Positions 1 to 10,197 are shown, counted from the stretch's first letter. The stretch: DNA of 64,000 nt from an uncultured Chloroflexia bacterium (GCA_963797855.1 CAWCQX010000011.1:91446-155445), one strand, 5' to 3'. The notes: generated by a model from the letters alone, not told the origin. Numbers and translations are program-made.

Positions 1-279
1 GGCGAAGATCGCCATGACCTCGTCACTCGCCTCGCGGTATCGGTCCGGTCGGCCCGGCACGAAGATGCCGTCGGGGCAGCGGCGCGCGGCCGTGCGCAGG
101 GGCATCGCCGAGAAGACGCCGAACGCGCGCGCCTCGTACGAGGCGGCGCTCACGACCCCGCGGTCGCCCGGGCGGCCGCCGACGATGACCGGCTTCCCGC
201 GCAGGGACGGGTCATCGAGCTGCTCGACGCTCGCGTAGAACGCGTCGAGGTCGGCGTGGATGATCGTGCGCGGCGCCAT
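1..279 (-). CDS. dinB: DNA polymerase IV (Y-family), N-terminal part; runs off the window edge
   Basis: Manual minus-strand translation from ATG 279: [35 protein letters not shown]...[19 protein letters not shown], the canonical DinB N-terminus; lies directly downstream of lexA. Confidence 0.93.
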   Translation of the reverse strand, partial: MAPRTIIHADLDAFYASVEQLDDPSLRGKPVIVGGRPGDRGVVSAASYEARAFGVFSAMPLRTAARRCPDGIFVPGRPDRYREASDEVMAIFA

Positions 280-299
280 CGGCGCGCGGGGTTCAGGGG

Positions 300-983
300 C
301 TACGCGAGACGGCGGATGACGCCGACGACCTTGCCCTGGATCTGGACCTCGGTGGCGTAGATCGGCTCCATCTCCGCGTTCGCCGGCTGGAGACGGATGC
401 GGTCCTCCTCGCGGAAGAAGCGCTTGAGGGTGACGCCGTTGTCCTCCAGCAGGGCGACGACGATGTCGCCGTCACGCGCCGTGGCCTGGGGCTGGACGAT
501 GACGAAGTCGCCGTCATCGATCAGCGCGTCGATCATGCTCTTGCCGCGGACGCGCAGGACATAGGAGTCCTCGCGCGCATCCATCGAGGCGGGCACGGCG
601 AGGGTTTCGGCCGCGTCCTCGTAGGCCTCGATCGGCTGCCCGGCGGCGATCTCGCCCATCACCGGCAGCGTCAGCGTCTCCCGCTCGACGGGCATCCGGA
701 ATGGGGTGACCTTGGCCGGCTCCCCGAGCCCATTCGAGGCGGCCGGATCGCTCGGCACCGGCAGCGGGCGCGAGGTCAGGCGCAGGGCGCGCGAGTGCTT
801 GCCGCCGCGCTCGAGGAGCCCGTCTCGCTCGAGGGCGATCAGGTGGTGATGGACGGCGCTGGTGGATGCGAGGCCGACGGCGTCGGCGATCTCGCGGACC
901 GATGGCGGATAGCCGCGCTCCTCGACGGTCCGCGCGATGAAGTCGACGATTCGCTGTCGCCGCTCCACGTCATGCCTGGTCAT
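300..983 (-). CDS. lexA: SOS repressor LexA
   Basis: ORF 300..992: GYPPSVREI wHTH, IAAG cleavage site, VRGKSM catalytic Ser, VTLKRF catalytic Lys; ATG 983 chosen from promoter spacing. Confidence 0.97.
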   Translation of the reverse strand: MTRHDVERRQRIVDFIARTVEERGYPPSVREIADAVGLASTSAVHHHLIALERDGLLERGGKHSRALRLTSRPLPVPSDPAASNGLGEPAKVTPFRMPVERETLTLPVMGEIAAGQPIEAYEDAAETLAVPASMDAREDSYVLRVRGKSMIDALIDDGDFVIVQPQATARDGDIVVALLEDNGVTLKRFFREEDRIRLQPANAEMEPIYATEVQIQGKVVGVIRRLA

Positions 984-990
984 CGCGGGC

Positions 991-1020
991 ACCGTAGCAG
1001 AACGGATGTTCTAATGTCAA
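991..1020 (-). promoter_or_regulatory. lexA promoter (TTGACA-18-TACGGT) containing the LexA box AGAACGGATGTTCT (999-1012)
   Basis: Perfect GAAC-N4-GTTC palindrome between -35 (1020-1015) and -10 (996-991); ATG follows 7 nt after the -10. Confidence 0.88.
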
Positions 1021-1024
1021 ACCG

Positions 1025-1576
1025 ATGCCGCAGCCGCTGCTATCATGCCCGTTCCCCATCCCAGAACCCGGCCGGAGGCCTCTCGGTTTGAAGCTGTCAT
1101 CGTCGACGCGCTACGTTGGGCTGGCGCGGATCATCGTCAAGCTCCCGACGTACGCCCGCATCGTGTGGGGCCTCATGCGCGACCCGCGCACCCCCATCGG
1201 CCTCAAGGGCATGCTCGCCGCGGCGCTCGCGTACGTGGTCATGCCGGTGGACCTCATCCCGGACGCGATCCCGCTCCTCGGCCACGCCGACGACCTGACG
1301 GTCCTGCTGCTGGTCCTCGACCTCTTCATCCAGAACGCCCCGGCCGACGTGCGAGCCGAGCACGCCGCTCGCGCCCGCAACGGGACCGCCGACCTCGACC
1401 GCGACCTGGAGCGGCTCCGGGCCCTGCTCGGCGACCGATACGAGCAGATCCGCGACAACCTGCCCGAGCTGCTGGACCGATACGGACGGATGCGCGACCC
1501 CGATGAGCTGAAGCGCGCCCTGGCATCGTGGCGAGTGCGCCGAACGCGCCCGATCACACCGAAGGAGCTCGAATGA
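1025..1576 (+). CDS. DUF1232 (YkvA) family membrane protein; start uncertain (possibly TTG 1088)
   Basis: DPRTP...AALAYVVMPVDLIPDAIPLLGHADD motif. Confidence 0.85.
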   Translation: MPQPLLSCPFPIPEPGRRPLGLKLSSSTRYVGLARIIVKLPTYARIVWGLMRDPRTPIGLKGMLAAALAYVVMPVDLIPDAIPLLGHADDLTVLLLVLDLFIQNAPADVRAEHAARARNGTADLDRDLERLRALLGDRYEQIRDNLPELLDRYGRMRDPDELKRALASWRVRRTRPITPKELE

Positions 1577-2022
1577 AGGTCATCCTGAAGCGGGACGTGA
1601 AGGGCCTCGGTCGCGAGGGCGACCTCAAGGAGGTCAAGGACGGCTACGCCCGCAACCACCTCCTTCCCACCGGGGCGGCGGTGCTCGCCGACAAGGGCGC
1701 CGTCGCCAACTGGGAGCGCCATCGCGATCAGCGCGAGGAACGGGACCGATCCGCCCGCGCGGATGCCGAGGCGACCGCCGAGAAGCTCCGCGAGCTCCGG
1801 CTCGAGATCCCGGTCAAGGCCGGCGAGCGCGGGCGCCTCTTCGGCGCGGTGACGTCGCACCAGATCGCCGACGCGATCAGCCAGGCCGGGATCGAGCTCG
1901 ATCGTCATGCGCTCCACCTCCGGGAGCCGATCAAGGCGCTCGGTGAGTACCGGATCGAGGTCCGCGTCGTGCCGGGCGTGGAGGCCGTCGTCGCCGTCAA
2001 CGTGGTGGCCGCCGAGTCCTGA
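1573..2022 (+). CDS. rplI: 50S ribosomal protein L9
   Basis: MKVILKRDVKGLGREGDLKEVKDGYARNHLLP...GRLFGAVT...PIKALGEY; GAAGGAG RBS. Confidence 0.97.
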   Translation: MKVILKRDVKGLGREGDLKEVKDGYARNHLLPTGAAVLADKGAVANWERHRDQREERDRSARADAEATAEKLRELRLEIPVKAGERGRLFGAVTSHQIADAISQAGIELDRHALHLREPIKALGEYRIEVRVVPGVEAVVAVNVVAAES

Positions 2023-2024
2023 GC

Positions 2025-2474
2025 GTGGAGACTCGCGAGGCGGCACGGCTCTGGGCGAAGGCGTGGAAGCACGGCTGGGAGGCGCTGGACCCCGAGCCGA
2101 TCATGGCCCGCTACGCCCCGACGGCCGTCCACTTCACCGAGCCGTTCCGCGAGCCGTCGCGAAGCGCCGACGACGTCCGCGCCTACGTCGAGCGCGTCCT
2201 CGGCGAGGAGGAGGATCCGCGCGTCTGGATCGGCGAGCCGATCGTCGACGGTGACCGGGCGGCGATCCCCTGGTGGGCATCCCTCCGCGAGGAGGGCGCC
2301 GATACGACGCTCGCCGGCACATCGGTCCTGCGGTTCGACGCCGACGGCCTCGTGATCGAGCAATGGGACGCCTGGAACCAGCTGGGCGAGCGGCTCGAGC
2401 CGCATCCGCGCCGCCCCGTTCTCGGATGCGCGACACCTGACCTGTCACATCCGGCCGCGCTAATCGGGCGGTAA
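2025..2474 (+). CDS. SnoaL-like / NTF2 family protein
   Basis: W..AW...D.E.I.ARYAP...GDRAAIPWWA...GTSVLRFDADGL pattern. Confidence 0.75.
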   Translation: METREAARLWAKAWKHGWEALDPEPIMARYAPTAVHFTEPFREPSRSADDVRAYVERVLGEEEDPRVWIGEPIVDGDRAAIPWWASLREEGADTTLAGTSVLRFDADGLVIEQWDAWNQLGERLEPHPRRPVLGCATPDLSHPAALIGR

Positions 2475-2522
2475 CCCGCCGCGAGGTAGCCTCCGATGGC
2501 CTTCCGCACACCGGAAGGCGAG

Positions 2523-2557
2523 AAATGCACACGGCTGTGGACAGGGTTCGTTGATAA
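2523..2557. promoter_or_regulatory. Cluster of degenerate DnaA-box-like 9-mers upstream of dnaB
   Basis: AAATGCACA (2523-2531), TGTGGACAG (2536-2544), CGTTGATAA (2549-2557) resemble TTATNCACA/TGTGGATAA. Confidence 0.45.
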
Positions 2558-2717
2558 CTCCATTGAGCCCGGGCGGGCCATCGCCCAGCATGGGCCTGCG
2601 CCCGGTGCCCGACGGTCCTCACCAACGCGGATCGGCCGGGCGCTCCGCTCGCCCACAGCCGGAGCCAGCCTCGCCATGCCCACCATCGGCCCGAACCGGA
2701 ATCGATAGCAGCGACTG

Positions 2718-4065
2718 ATGAGCCTCGACAAGCTCGCGCCGCAGTCGGTGGAGGCGGAGCAGAGCGTCCTCGGTTCGATCCTCATCGACGCCGATGCGAT
2801 CCTTCGCGTCGGCGACTTCCTCAAGCCCGGCGACTTCTACCGCCAGCAGCACGGCGAGATCTACGAGGCGATGCTCGCGCTCCACGGCCAGCGCGAGCCG
2901 ATCGACCTCGTGACCCTCGGCGACGAGCTTGGCCGGCGCGACCGGCTCGAGGAGGTCGGCGGTCCGGCCTACCTGGCCAGCCTGATGAACTCGGTCCCGA
3001 CCGCGGTCCACGCCGAGCACTACGGCCGGATCGTCGAGCGCAAGTCGGTGCTGCGCAACCTCATCGGTGCCGCGGGCAAGATCGCGGCGGTCGGCTACGA
3101 GGAGGCAAACGACGCCGAGGTCGCGATCGATCGGGCCGAGTCGATCCTCTTCGAGATCAGCCAGCGACGCACCGATGGCGGCTTCGAGTCGCTCTCCGTG
3201 CTCCTCGGCCAGGCCTACGACCGGCTCGAGTACCTCCACGAGCATCGCGGCCAGATCCTCGGCGTGCCGACCGGGCTCTCGCAGCTCGACGCGCTGCTCG
3301 GCGGTCTCCAGCCGTCCGACCTGATCATCCTGGCCGCGCGCCCATCGGTCGGGAAGACCTCGATGGCGCTGAACATCGGCCAGCACGCCGCCGTCCGCGA
3401 GTCGAAGAAGGTCGCGATCTTCAGCCTCGAGATGAGCCGCGAGCAGCTCGCGCTCCGGCTCCTCTCCGCCGAGTCCGGGATCAACCCGCGCCCGCTGCAG
3501 ACCGGGTTCGTGGACGAGACCGACTGGACGAAGATCGCGACGGTCATGAACGACATGGCGACCGCGCCGATGTGGATCGACGACTCCGCGGCCCTCTCGG
3601 TCATGGAGCTGCGCACGAAGGCGCGGCGCCTCGAGGCGGAGCAGCACGGGCTCGACCTGATCATCGTCGACTACCTGCAGCTGATGCAGTCGTCGACGCC
3701 GAACAAGGACAACAACCGCGTCCAGGAGGTGTCCGACATCAGCCGCGGCCTGAAGGCGCTGGCCCGAGAGCTGAAGGTGCCGGTCCTCGCCCTCAGCCAG
3801 CTGTCGCGCAACGTCGAGCAGCGAGGCTCGGCCGAGCCGAGGCTCAGCGACCTCCGTGAGAGCGGGCAGCCTCGAGCAGGACTCCGACGTCGTCGTCTTC
3901 CTCTACCGCGACGGCGAGCAGAACGCGGACGCCGAGGTCGAGCTCGTCAAGGCGAAGGTGGCCAAGCATCGCAACGGGCCGATCGGCGAGGTGCCGCTCC
4001 AGTTCCGAAAGGCGAACACGCGCTTCTACACCGTCGCCGCCCGCGAGGAGATCGCCGCGTACTGA
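2718..4065 (+). CDS. dnaB: Replicative DNA helicase; apparent frameshift near 3865
   Basis: PQSVEAEQSVLG, AARPSVGKT Walker A, IIVDYLQL, SQLSR, SDLRESG then SLEQDSDVV...KHRNGP in the next frame (ORF 3856..4065). Confidence 0.96.
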
Positions 4066-4141
4066 CGAGCGAGCCCACGCTCGTCCGGAGGGCTTGAAAA
4101 CCGGGTGTAACATCCGTCGCTAGTAACGACCGGTCCATAGC

Positions 4142-4245
4142 GTCTGATCTGAGTCCCCTCGATCCAGTGCCCCCGTCGCACGCAGATCGCGGCCCGCTCG
4201 CAGACCGCGAACGTCCAATCAGGGCCGGGCGTGCGAAACAGGAGG
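4142..4245 (+). promoter_or_regulatory. Putative structured 5' leader of the zinc-ribbon gene
   Basis: TCGCACGC (4176-4183) pairs with GCGTGCGA (4229-4236), 3 nt before the AGGAGG RBS. Confidence 0.45.
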
Positions 4246-4255
4246 CCTGGGTAAG

Positions 4256-4564
4256 GTGTACGCCGACAAGACCATCCGCTGTCGGGACTGCGGCATGGAC
4301 TTCGTCTTCTCAGCCGGCGAGCAGGAGTTCTACGCCAGCAAGGGGCTCATGAACGAGCCCCAGCGCTGCCAGAGCTGCCGCGCCATCGCCAAGCAGAACC
4401 GCGCGCTCGGGATCGGCACCGGCGGCGGGAACGGGGGCCAGCGCGAGATGCACGCGGCGGTCTGTGCCGAGTGCGGCGGACAGGCGCTCGTGCCATTCCT
4501 GCCGCGCAACGACCGTCCCGTGTACTGCAGCAACTGCTTCGACAAGGTGCGCGCCCGGGCCTGA
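4256..4564 (+). CDS. Zinc-ribbon / CxxC-x17-CxxC domain protein
   Basis: CRDCG.DFVFSAGEQEFY..KG...EPQRCQSC and CAECG...VPF.PR.DRPVYCSNCF. Confidence 0.9.
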   Translation: MYADKTIRCRDCGMDFVFSAGEQEFYASKGLMNEPQRCQSCRAIAKQNRALGIGTGGGNGGQREMHAAVCAECGGQALVPFLPRNDRPVYCSNCFDKVRARA

Positions 4565-4587
4565 CCGATCCGCGTTCCGAGCCGATG

Positions 4588-4613
4588 AAGGCGCCGCCTC
4601 GGCGGCGCCTTTC
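4588..4613 (+). terminator. Rho-independent terminator-like hairpin
   Basis: AAGGCGCCGCC-TC-GGCGGCGCCTT followed by a short T run. Confidence 0.65.
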
Positions 4614-4676
4614 GCATGCCCGACGGCGTAGCATGGCCGCGTCCCACCCCGCAGCCGAGGTCATCGTCGCCGCGCC

Positions 4677-5991
4677 ATGTCCGTCACCGCCGTCGTCGGC
4701 GCGCAATGGGGAGACGAGGGGAAGGGCCGGGTCGTCGACTACCTGGCGGCCGATGCGGACCTCGTCATCCGCTACGGCGGTGGCAACAACGCCGGCCACA
4801 CGGTGGTCAACCCGCACGGGCACTTCAAGCTCCACCTGATCCCGTCGGGGATCTTCTCGCCCCGGACGAAGAACCTGCTCGGCAACGGCGTGGTCATCAA
4901 CCCGCCGGCGCTGGTGACCGAGCTCGACGGGCTCGCGGCGGCCGGCATCGGCTGCGAGAACCTGCTGATCAGCGATCGCGCGCACCTGGTCATGCCGTAT
5001 CACGTCCTGCTCGACCGTCTCGAGGAGCGCGAGCGCGGGGCCGGCAAGCTCGGCACGACCTCGCGCGGGATCGGCCCCGCGTACGTGGACAAGGTCGCGC
5101 GCCGGGGAATCCGGATCGTCGACCTCATGGAGCCCGCGCAGTTCCGCGAGCGACTCGAGGCCGCGCTGCCGAGGATCAGCCGGATCGTGGCCGGCTACCC
5201 CGGCGGCGATCCCGAGCTCGACGCGCTGATTGCCGAGGCCACCGACGCCGCGACGATCGCCGACGCCTACCTCGCCGCCGGAGACCGCCTTCGCCCGCAT
5301 GTCGTCGACGGCCTGTCGGTGGTCGACGAGGCGCTCGAGGGCGGCGATCGGATCCTGCTGGAGGGCCAGCTCGGCACGATGCGCGACATCGACTGGGGCA
5401 CCTATCCCTTCGTGACGAGCTCCAGCCCGATCCCCGGCGGCGCGAGCCTCGGGGCCGGGATGCCGGCCGTGCGGATCGACCGCGTGCTGGGCGTGGCGAA
5501 GGCGTACGTCACCGCGGTCGGCGGCGGGCCCGCTGCCGACCGAGCTGACCGGTCCCGAGGGCGACGAGCTGCGCGAGCGCGGCGCCGAGTACGGAACCTC
5601 CACCGGCCGTCCGCGCCGCTGCGGCTGGTACGACGCGGTGGCGGTGCGCTTCAGCGTCCGGCTGGCCGGCTACTCGAGCATCGCGCTGACGAAGCTCGAC
5701 GTCCTCGACGCCTATCCGAGCGTCAAGCTCGCTCGCGCCTACCGCGATCCGACCGACGGCCGGGAGTGGACGACCGTGCCGGCGTCGACATCGGTCTATC
5801 AGCGGCTGGAGCCGGTGTACGAGGAGCTCCCGGGATGGCAGGCCGATACGACCGGCTGCCGCTCCTGGGGCGAGCTTCCCGCGCCGGCCCGTGACTACGT
5901 CGAGCGGCTCGAGGAGCTGGCGGGCGTGCCGATCAGCCACGTCAGCATCGGGCCCGAACGCGACCAGATGATCGTGAGGAGTGACCGATGA
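4677..5991 (+). CDS. purA: Adenylosuccinate synthetase; frameshift near 5530
   Basis: GAQWGDEGKG, GGNNAGHT, GTTSRGIGPAY.DK, GTYPFVTSS, then ALTKLDVL in the second frame. Confidence 0.96.
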
Positions 5992-6888
5992 AGCTGGGCG
6001 TCATCGTCCCGCAGGGGTGGACCGGGGAGTACGACGGCTGGGAGACGGAGCGCGCCTGGGGTCGCACGGTGGCCGTGGCGCAGCAGGCGGATCGGCTCGG
6101 GTTCGAGTCGATCTGGCTGTTCGACCACCTCCACACCGTGCCGAGGCCGACCGACGAGATCACCTTCGAGTCGTTCACGTCTCTCTCGGCCCTCGCGGCG
6201 CTGACCGAGCGGGTCAGGCTCGGGCACATCGTCATCTGCAACGGCTTCCGCAACCCGGCGCTCACCGCGAAGATGGCGTCGACGATGGACGCGATCAGCG
6301 GCGGGCGGATGGAGCTCGGCATCGGCGCCGGCTGGAAGCGCGAAGAGTGGCTCGCCTACGGCTACGGCTTCCCCGAGACCCCGGTGCGCCTGGCGATGCT
6401 CCACGACGCGCTCGAGGTCATCAGCCGCATGCTCGAGCCGGGGAAGGCGACCCACGCGACCTACGAGGGAACGCATCACCGGGTGGCCGATGCGCGCAAC
6501 GTCCCGAAGCCGATCCAGCCGAACGGGATGCCGATCATGGTCGGCGGCAACGGCCCGAACGTGACCTGGCGCCTCGCCGCGCGCTACGCGGACGAGCTGA
6601 ACGTCGACGGCCTCTCCCCCGACGAGGTGCGCGAGGCGCTCCCGACGATCCGCGCGCGCTGCGAGGAGATCGACCGCGACCCCGACTCGCTCGCCGTCAG
6701 CGTCCACGCCTGGTGGGGGACCGAGGAGTGGCGCGAGGGCGGGGAGGCGCGACGCGACCTGCTGCGCGCGTACGCCGACCTCGGGGTGAGCCGGGTGATC
6801 GGCCTGCTCCAGTCGTCCGCGGAGGACGACGGCGCGCTCGGAGGCGCTGGCGGAGGACGCGCGCGCCGCCGGCGTCGAGCTGGCCTAG
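5988..6888 (+). CDS. LLM class (probably F420-dependent) oxidoreductase; frameshift near the 3' end
   Basis: GFESIWLFDH, RNPALTAKMASTMD.ISGGR.ELGIGAGW, PKPIQ, PIMVGG.G; true stop reconstructed at TAG 6886-6888. Confidence 0.88.
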
Positions 6889-6896
6889 CCGTCCCG

Positions 6897-7021
6897 TATA
6901 CTCCGCCAAAGCCGCTCCGCGACCACGCCGTGAACCCGATCCGCGCCGTCACCGCCACCAGCGCCGACCACCGCCCGCGCCGCCATGCCGCGCGGGTCGT
7001 TTGTTGTCCGGCGGCCGCACG
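6897..7021 (+). promoter_or_regulatory. guaB3 leader: TATACT -10, C-rich tract, terminator-like hairpin
   Basis: TATACT 6897-6902; stem CCCGCGC (6974-6980)/GCGCGGG (6990-6996) followed by TCGTTTGTTGT. Confidence 0.45.
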
Positions 7022-8185
7022 ATGATCGAGCAGGCGCCGGTTCGCGAGGCCACCGAGTCGCGTCTCCGCCGCGCGTACGGATTCGAGGAGGTCGCGCTCG
7101 TCCCCGGCGCCGTCACCGTGGACCCGGCCGAGGTGGACCTCTCGACCGATCTCGGCGGCTTCAAGCTCCAGATCCCGTTCCTGGCCGCGGCCATGGACGC
7201 CGTCGCGGACGCCGACTTCGCCGTCCGGCTCGGACGGCTCGGCGGGATCGCCTTCGTCAACCTCGAGGGTCTGTACACCCGCTACGAGGACGCGACGCCG
7301 ATCATCGAGCGGGTCGCAGCCGCCGAGTCCGGCCAGGCCGCCGCCCACGTCCTGGCCGAGGCCTACGAGCAGCCGGTCCGGGACGAGCTGATCCGCGCGG
7401 TCATCACGCGCATCAAGGCGCAGGGTGCGAGCGCGGCGGTCGCGACCACGCCGGCATCGGCCTGGCACCATGCCGAGCTCGCCGCCGAGGCGGGCGCCGA
7501 CTTCTTCCTCGTCCAGTCCCAGGTCAGCAGCGCTCGTCACATCTCGACCTCGACCCGGGTGCTCTCGCTCGCCGACCTCACCGGCGGCCTGCAGCTCCCC
7601 GTCCTCGTCGGCAACACCGTGAGCGGCGAGGCCGCGTACCAGCTCATGCACCAGGGGGCCGCCGGGATCTTCGTCGGGGTCGGGCCCGGTGCGGCCTGCA
7701 CGACGCGCGAGGTCCTCGGGATCGGCGTTCCGCAGGTCTCGGCCACGCTCGAGGTGGCCGCCGCCCGAGATCGGTTCGAGCGCGAGACCGGGCAGTACGT
7801 CCCGGTCGTCACCGATGGCGGCATGAAGACCGGCGGCGACATCGCCAAGGCCATCGCCTCCGGCGCCGACGCCGTGATGCTCGGATCGCCGTTCGCCGGC
7901 GCGGTCGAAGCGCCCGGGCGCGGCTACAACTGGGGGATGGCCGCCCCGTCGCCAACGCTCCCGCGCGGGACCCGGATCCGGATCGGCGAGCGCCTGCCGC
8001 TCGAGCAGATCCTGTTCGGCCCGGCGGAGACGACCCACGGCACGCAGAACCTCGTCGGCGCCCTGCGCCAGTCGATGGCGGCCCTCGGGGCACGCACGAT
8101 CCGCGAGATGCACGACGTGGAGATGGTCATCGCGCCATCGATCGCAACCGAGGGCAAGTCCTGGCAGCTCGCCGGCCGCGAGTAG
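7022..8185 (+). CDS. guaB: IMP dehydrogenase family protein (GuaB3-type, no CBS domains)
   Basis: RRAYGFEEVALVPG, GVGPGAACTTREVLGIGVPQ (catalytic Cys), DGG.KTGGDIAKAIASGADAVMLGS, WGMA. Confidence 0.92.
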   Translation: MIEQAPVREATESRLRRAYGFEEVALVPGAVTVDPAEVDLSTDLGGFKLQIPFLAAAMDAVADADFAVRLGRLGGIAFVNLEGLYTRYEDATPIIERVAAAESGQAAAHVLAEAYEQPVRDELIRAVITRIKAQGASAAVATTPASAWHHAELAAEAGADFFLVQSQVSSARHISTSTRVLSLADLTGGLQLPVLVGNTVSGEAAYQLMHQGAAGIFVGVGPGAACTTREVLGIGVPQVSATLEVAAARDRFERETGQYVPVVTDGGMKTGGDIAKAIASGADAVMLGSPFAGAVEAPGRGYNWGMAAPSPTLPRGTRIRIGERLPLEQILFGPAETTHGTQNLVGALRQSMAALGARTIREMHDVEMVIAPSIATEGKSWQLAGRE

Positions 8186-8204
8186 CGCGCCCGACGCTCG
8201 GACG

Positions 8205-8760
8205 ATGACGCACATCATCGCCGCCGGCCGGGTCTTCCTCCGACCGTTCGAGGCGGCGGACGCCGAGACTCTACCGACGCTGGCGCGCCGAAGCGGAGCC
8301 GATGGCGCTCGCCGGCTGGCACGAGCGCGCGCCGCTGAGCCTCGCCCAGGTCGAGCGGCGGATCGCGCGAATCGCCGACGAGCAGGGCAAGGACGTCTAC
8401 ACCTTCGTCATCTGCCTGGCCGAGGACGAGCGGCCGATCGGCGAGGTGATGCTCACCGATCTCGACCGCGTCAACGGCAGCGCGCAGGTCGGCATCTTCA
8501 TCGGCGAGCCGGACGAGTGGGGCAAGGGCTACGGGACCGATGCCGTTCGCGCGCTCGTCGACTTCGGGTTCGCGGAGCTGCGGCTCGAGCGCATCTGGCT
8601 GGAGGTGGGCACCGAGAACCCGCGTGCCAAGCGCTCGTACGAGAAGGCCGGCTTCACCCACGAAGGCACGTTCCGTCACGATCGCTGGGAAGGCGGCCGG
8701 TACACCGACGGCCACGTCATGTCGATCCTCCACGACGAGTGGCAGAGCCGCCGCTCCTGA
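8205..8760 (+). CDS. GNAT family N-acetyltransferase (RimJ/RimL-like); frameshift near 8270
   Basis: RVFLRPFE, IGEPDEWGKGYGTDA, N.RA.RSYEKAGFTHEG. Confidence 0.88.
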
Positions 8761-9786
8761 CCGAGCGCGCGCTGAACCGCGCGCTCCTCGCGCGGCAGCT
8801 GCTGCTCGAACGCGCCTCGCTCGGCATCCCGGAGGCGCTCTCGCGGCTGGCCGGCATCCAGAACCAGTACGCCCCGAACGCGTACATCCGACTCTGGTCG
8901 TGCCTCGAGGGCTTTCGTCGCGACGACCTGACCCGCGCCTACGAGGATGCCTCGGTCGTCCAGGGCACCCTCATGCGCGGCACGATCCACGCCGTGGCGC
9001 GGGACCGACTACCGCCTCTTCCTCGGCGCCGTCGCGCGCACGCAGCGCGAGTGGGCCGGCCGGGCGACCAAGGCTCCGGCGAACCTCGAGCCGTCGGCGG
9101 CGCTGGCGCGCGTGCGAGCCGACCTGGCCGGCGGACCGATGAAGCGCCCGGCACTGGTCGCGCTGCTGGCCGACGAGCATCCGGCCGTGCGCTACTCGAT
9201 CGACACCGACCTCGCGATCCTGCGGGTCCCCCCATCGGGCACCTGGGAGCGGCGGCGGGCCGACCTGTGCGCCCTCGCCGACGACGTCATCGGTCCGGAA
9301 GGGGCGGTGCCGGAGGCCGTCGCGCTGCCCGCCGCCGTCGAGCGCTACCTCGCGGCCTTCGGGCCGGCATCGGTCGCCGACGTCGCGGCGTTCCTGGGGA
9401 TGAACGTCTCGCCGGTGAAGGCCGTCGTCTCCACCCTGGAGCTCCGGCGGTTCCGGGCCGAGGACGGGACCGAGCTCCTCGACGTCGAGGACGGGCTGCT
9501 GCCGGATCCGGAGACCGAAGCGCCGGTCCGGTTCCTGCCGACCTGGGACGCGATCCTCCTCGTGCACGCCAGGCGGACCCAGGTGCTGCCCGAGGCGTAT
9601 CGGCCGCTCGTGTTCCACGTCAAGATGCCGCCCTCGTACCCGACCTTCCTCGTCGACGGCCAGGTGGCGGGAACCTGGCGGCACGCCGACGGGGAGATCC
9701 GGCTCTCGCCGTTCGGCAAGCTGCGTCCCGACGACCGCGTGGCGCTCGAGGAGGAGGCGCACGAGCTCGCCGCATTCCACGCCTGA
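8739..9786 (+). CDS. AlkZ-like (HTH_42) DNA glycosylase family protein; frameshift near 9000
   Basis: LNRALLARQLLLER, GIQNQ (QxQ motif), LWS.L..F, LMRGTIH, RYL.AFGPAS, VRFLPTWD, FLVDGQVAGTW. Confidence 0.85.
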
Positions 9787-9801
9787 ATCGACGGACGTAC
9801 G

Positions 9802-10197
9802 ATGACCGCCATGAACCGATCCGAAGTCCAGTCCTGGCTGGACCGATACGTCGAGGCCTGGCGCACGAACGATGGCGGCGACGATCGAGTCGCTCTTCAC
9901 CGAGGACGCGGTCTACGGCTACCGGCCCTGGGACAGCGACGAGCACACGCTCCGCGGCCGCGACGCGATCGTCGCCAGCTGGCTCGAGGAGCCCGATGCG
10001 CCGGACAGCTGGGAGGCGCACTACGAGCCGTTCGCCGTCGAGGGCGACCGGGCCGTCGCGGTCGGCTGGAGCCGGTACGACGGCCACGCGACGGCCAGCC
10101 GGAGCGCCTCTACCACAACGCCTACGTCCTCGAGTTCGCGCCCGACGGTCGCTGCAGGGCGTTCCACGAGTTCTACATGCTCCAGGACGGGGCGTGA
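9802..10197 (+). CDS. SnoaL-like / NTF2 family protein; two frameshifts
   Basis: WLDRYVEAWRTND, LFTEDAVY, GRDAIVASW, YHNAYVLEFAPDGRCRAFHEFY. Confidence 0.8.
   Translation: MTAMNRSEVQSWLDRYVEAWRTNDGGDDRVALHRGRGLRLPALGQRRAHAPRPRRDRRQLARGARCAGQLGGALRAVRRRGRPGRRGRLEPVRRPRDGQPERLYHNAYVLEFAPDGRCRAFHEFYMLQDGA

Noticed and set aside
2460-2520. Minus-strand GGCGGGTTACCG resembling the 3' end of a c-di-GMP-I riboswitch
   Set aside because: The conserved 5' GGCAAA/GAAA/GCAAAG elements are missing
3850-3880. Frameshift in dnaB at SDLRESG, a known intein insertion region; possible programmed frameshift or intein scar
   Set aside because: One extra G in a short G run explains it; no intein sequence or slippery heptamer, and similar indels occur throughout the window
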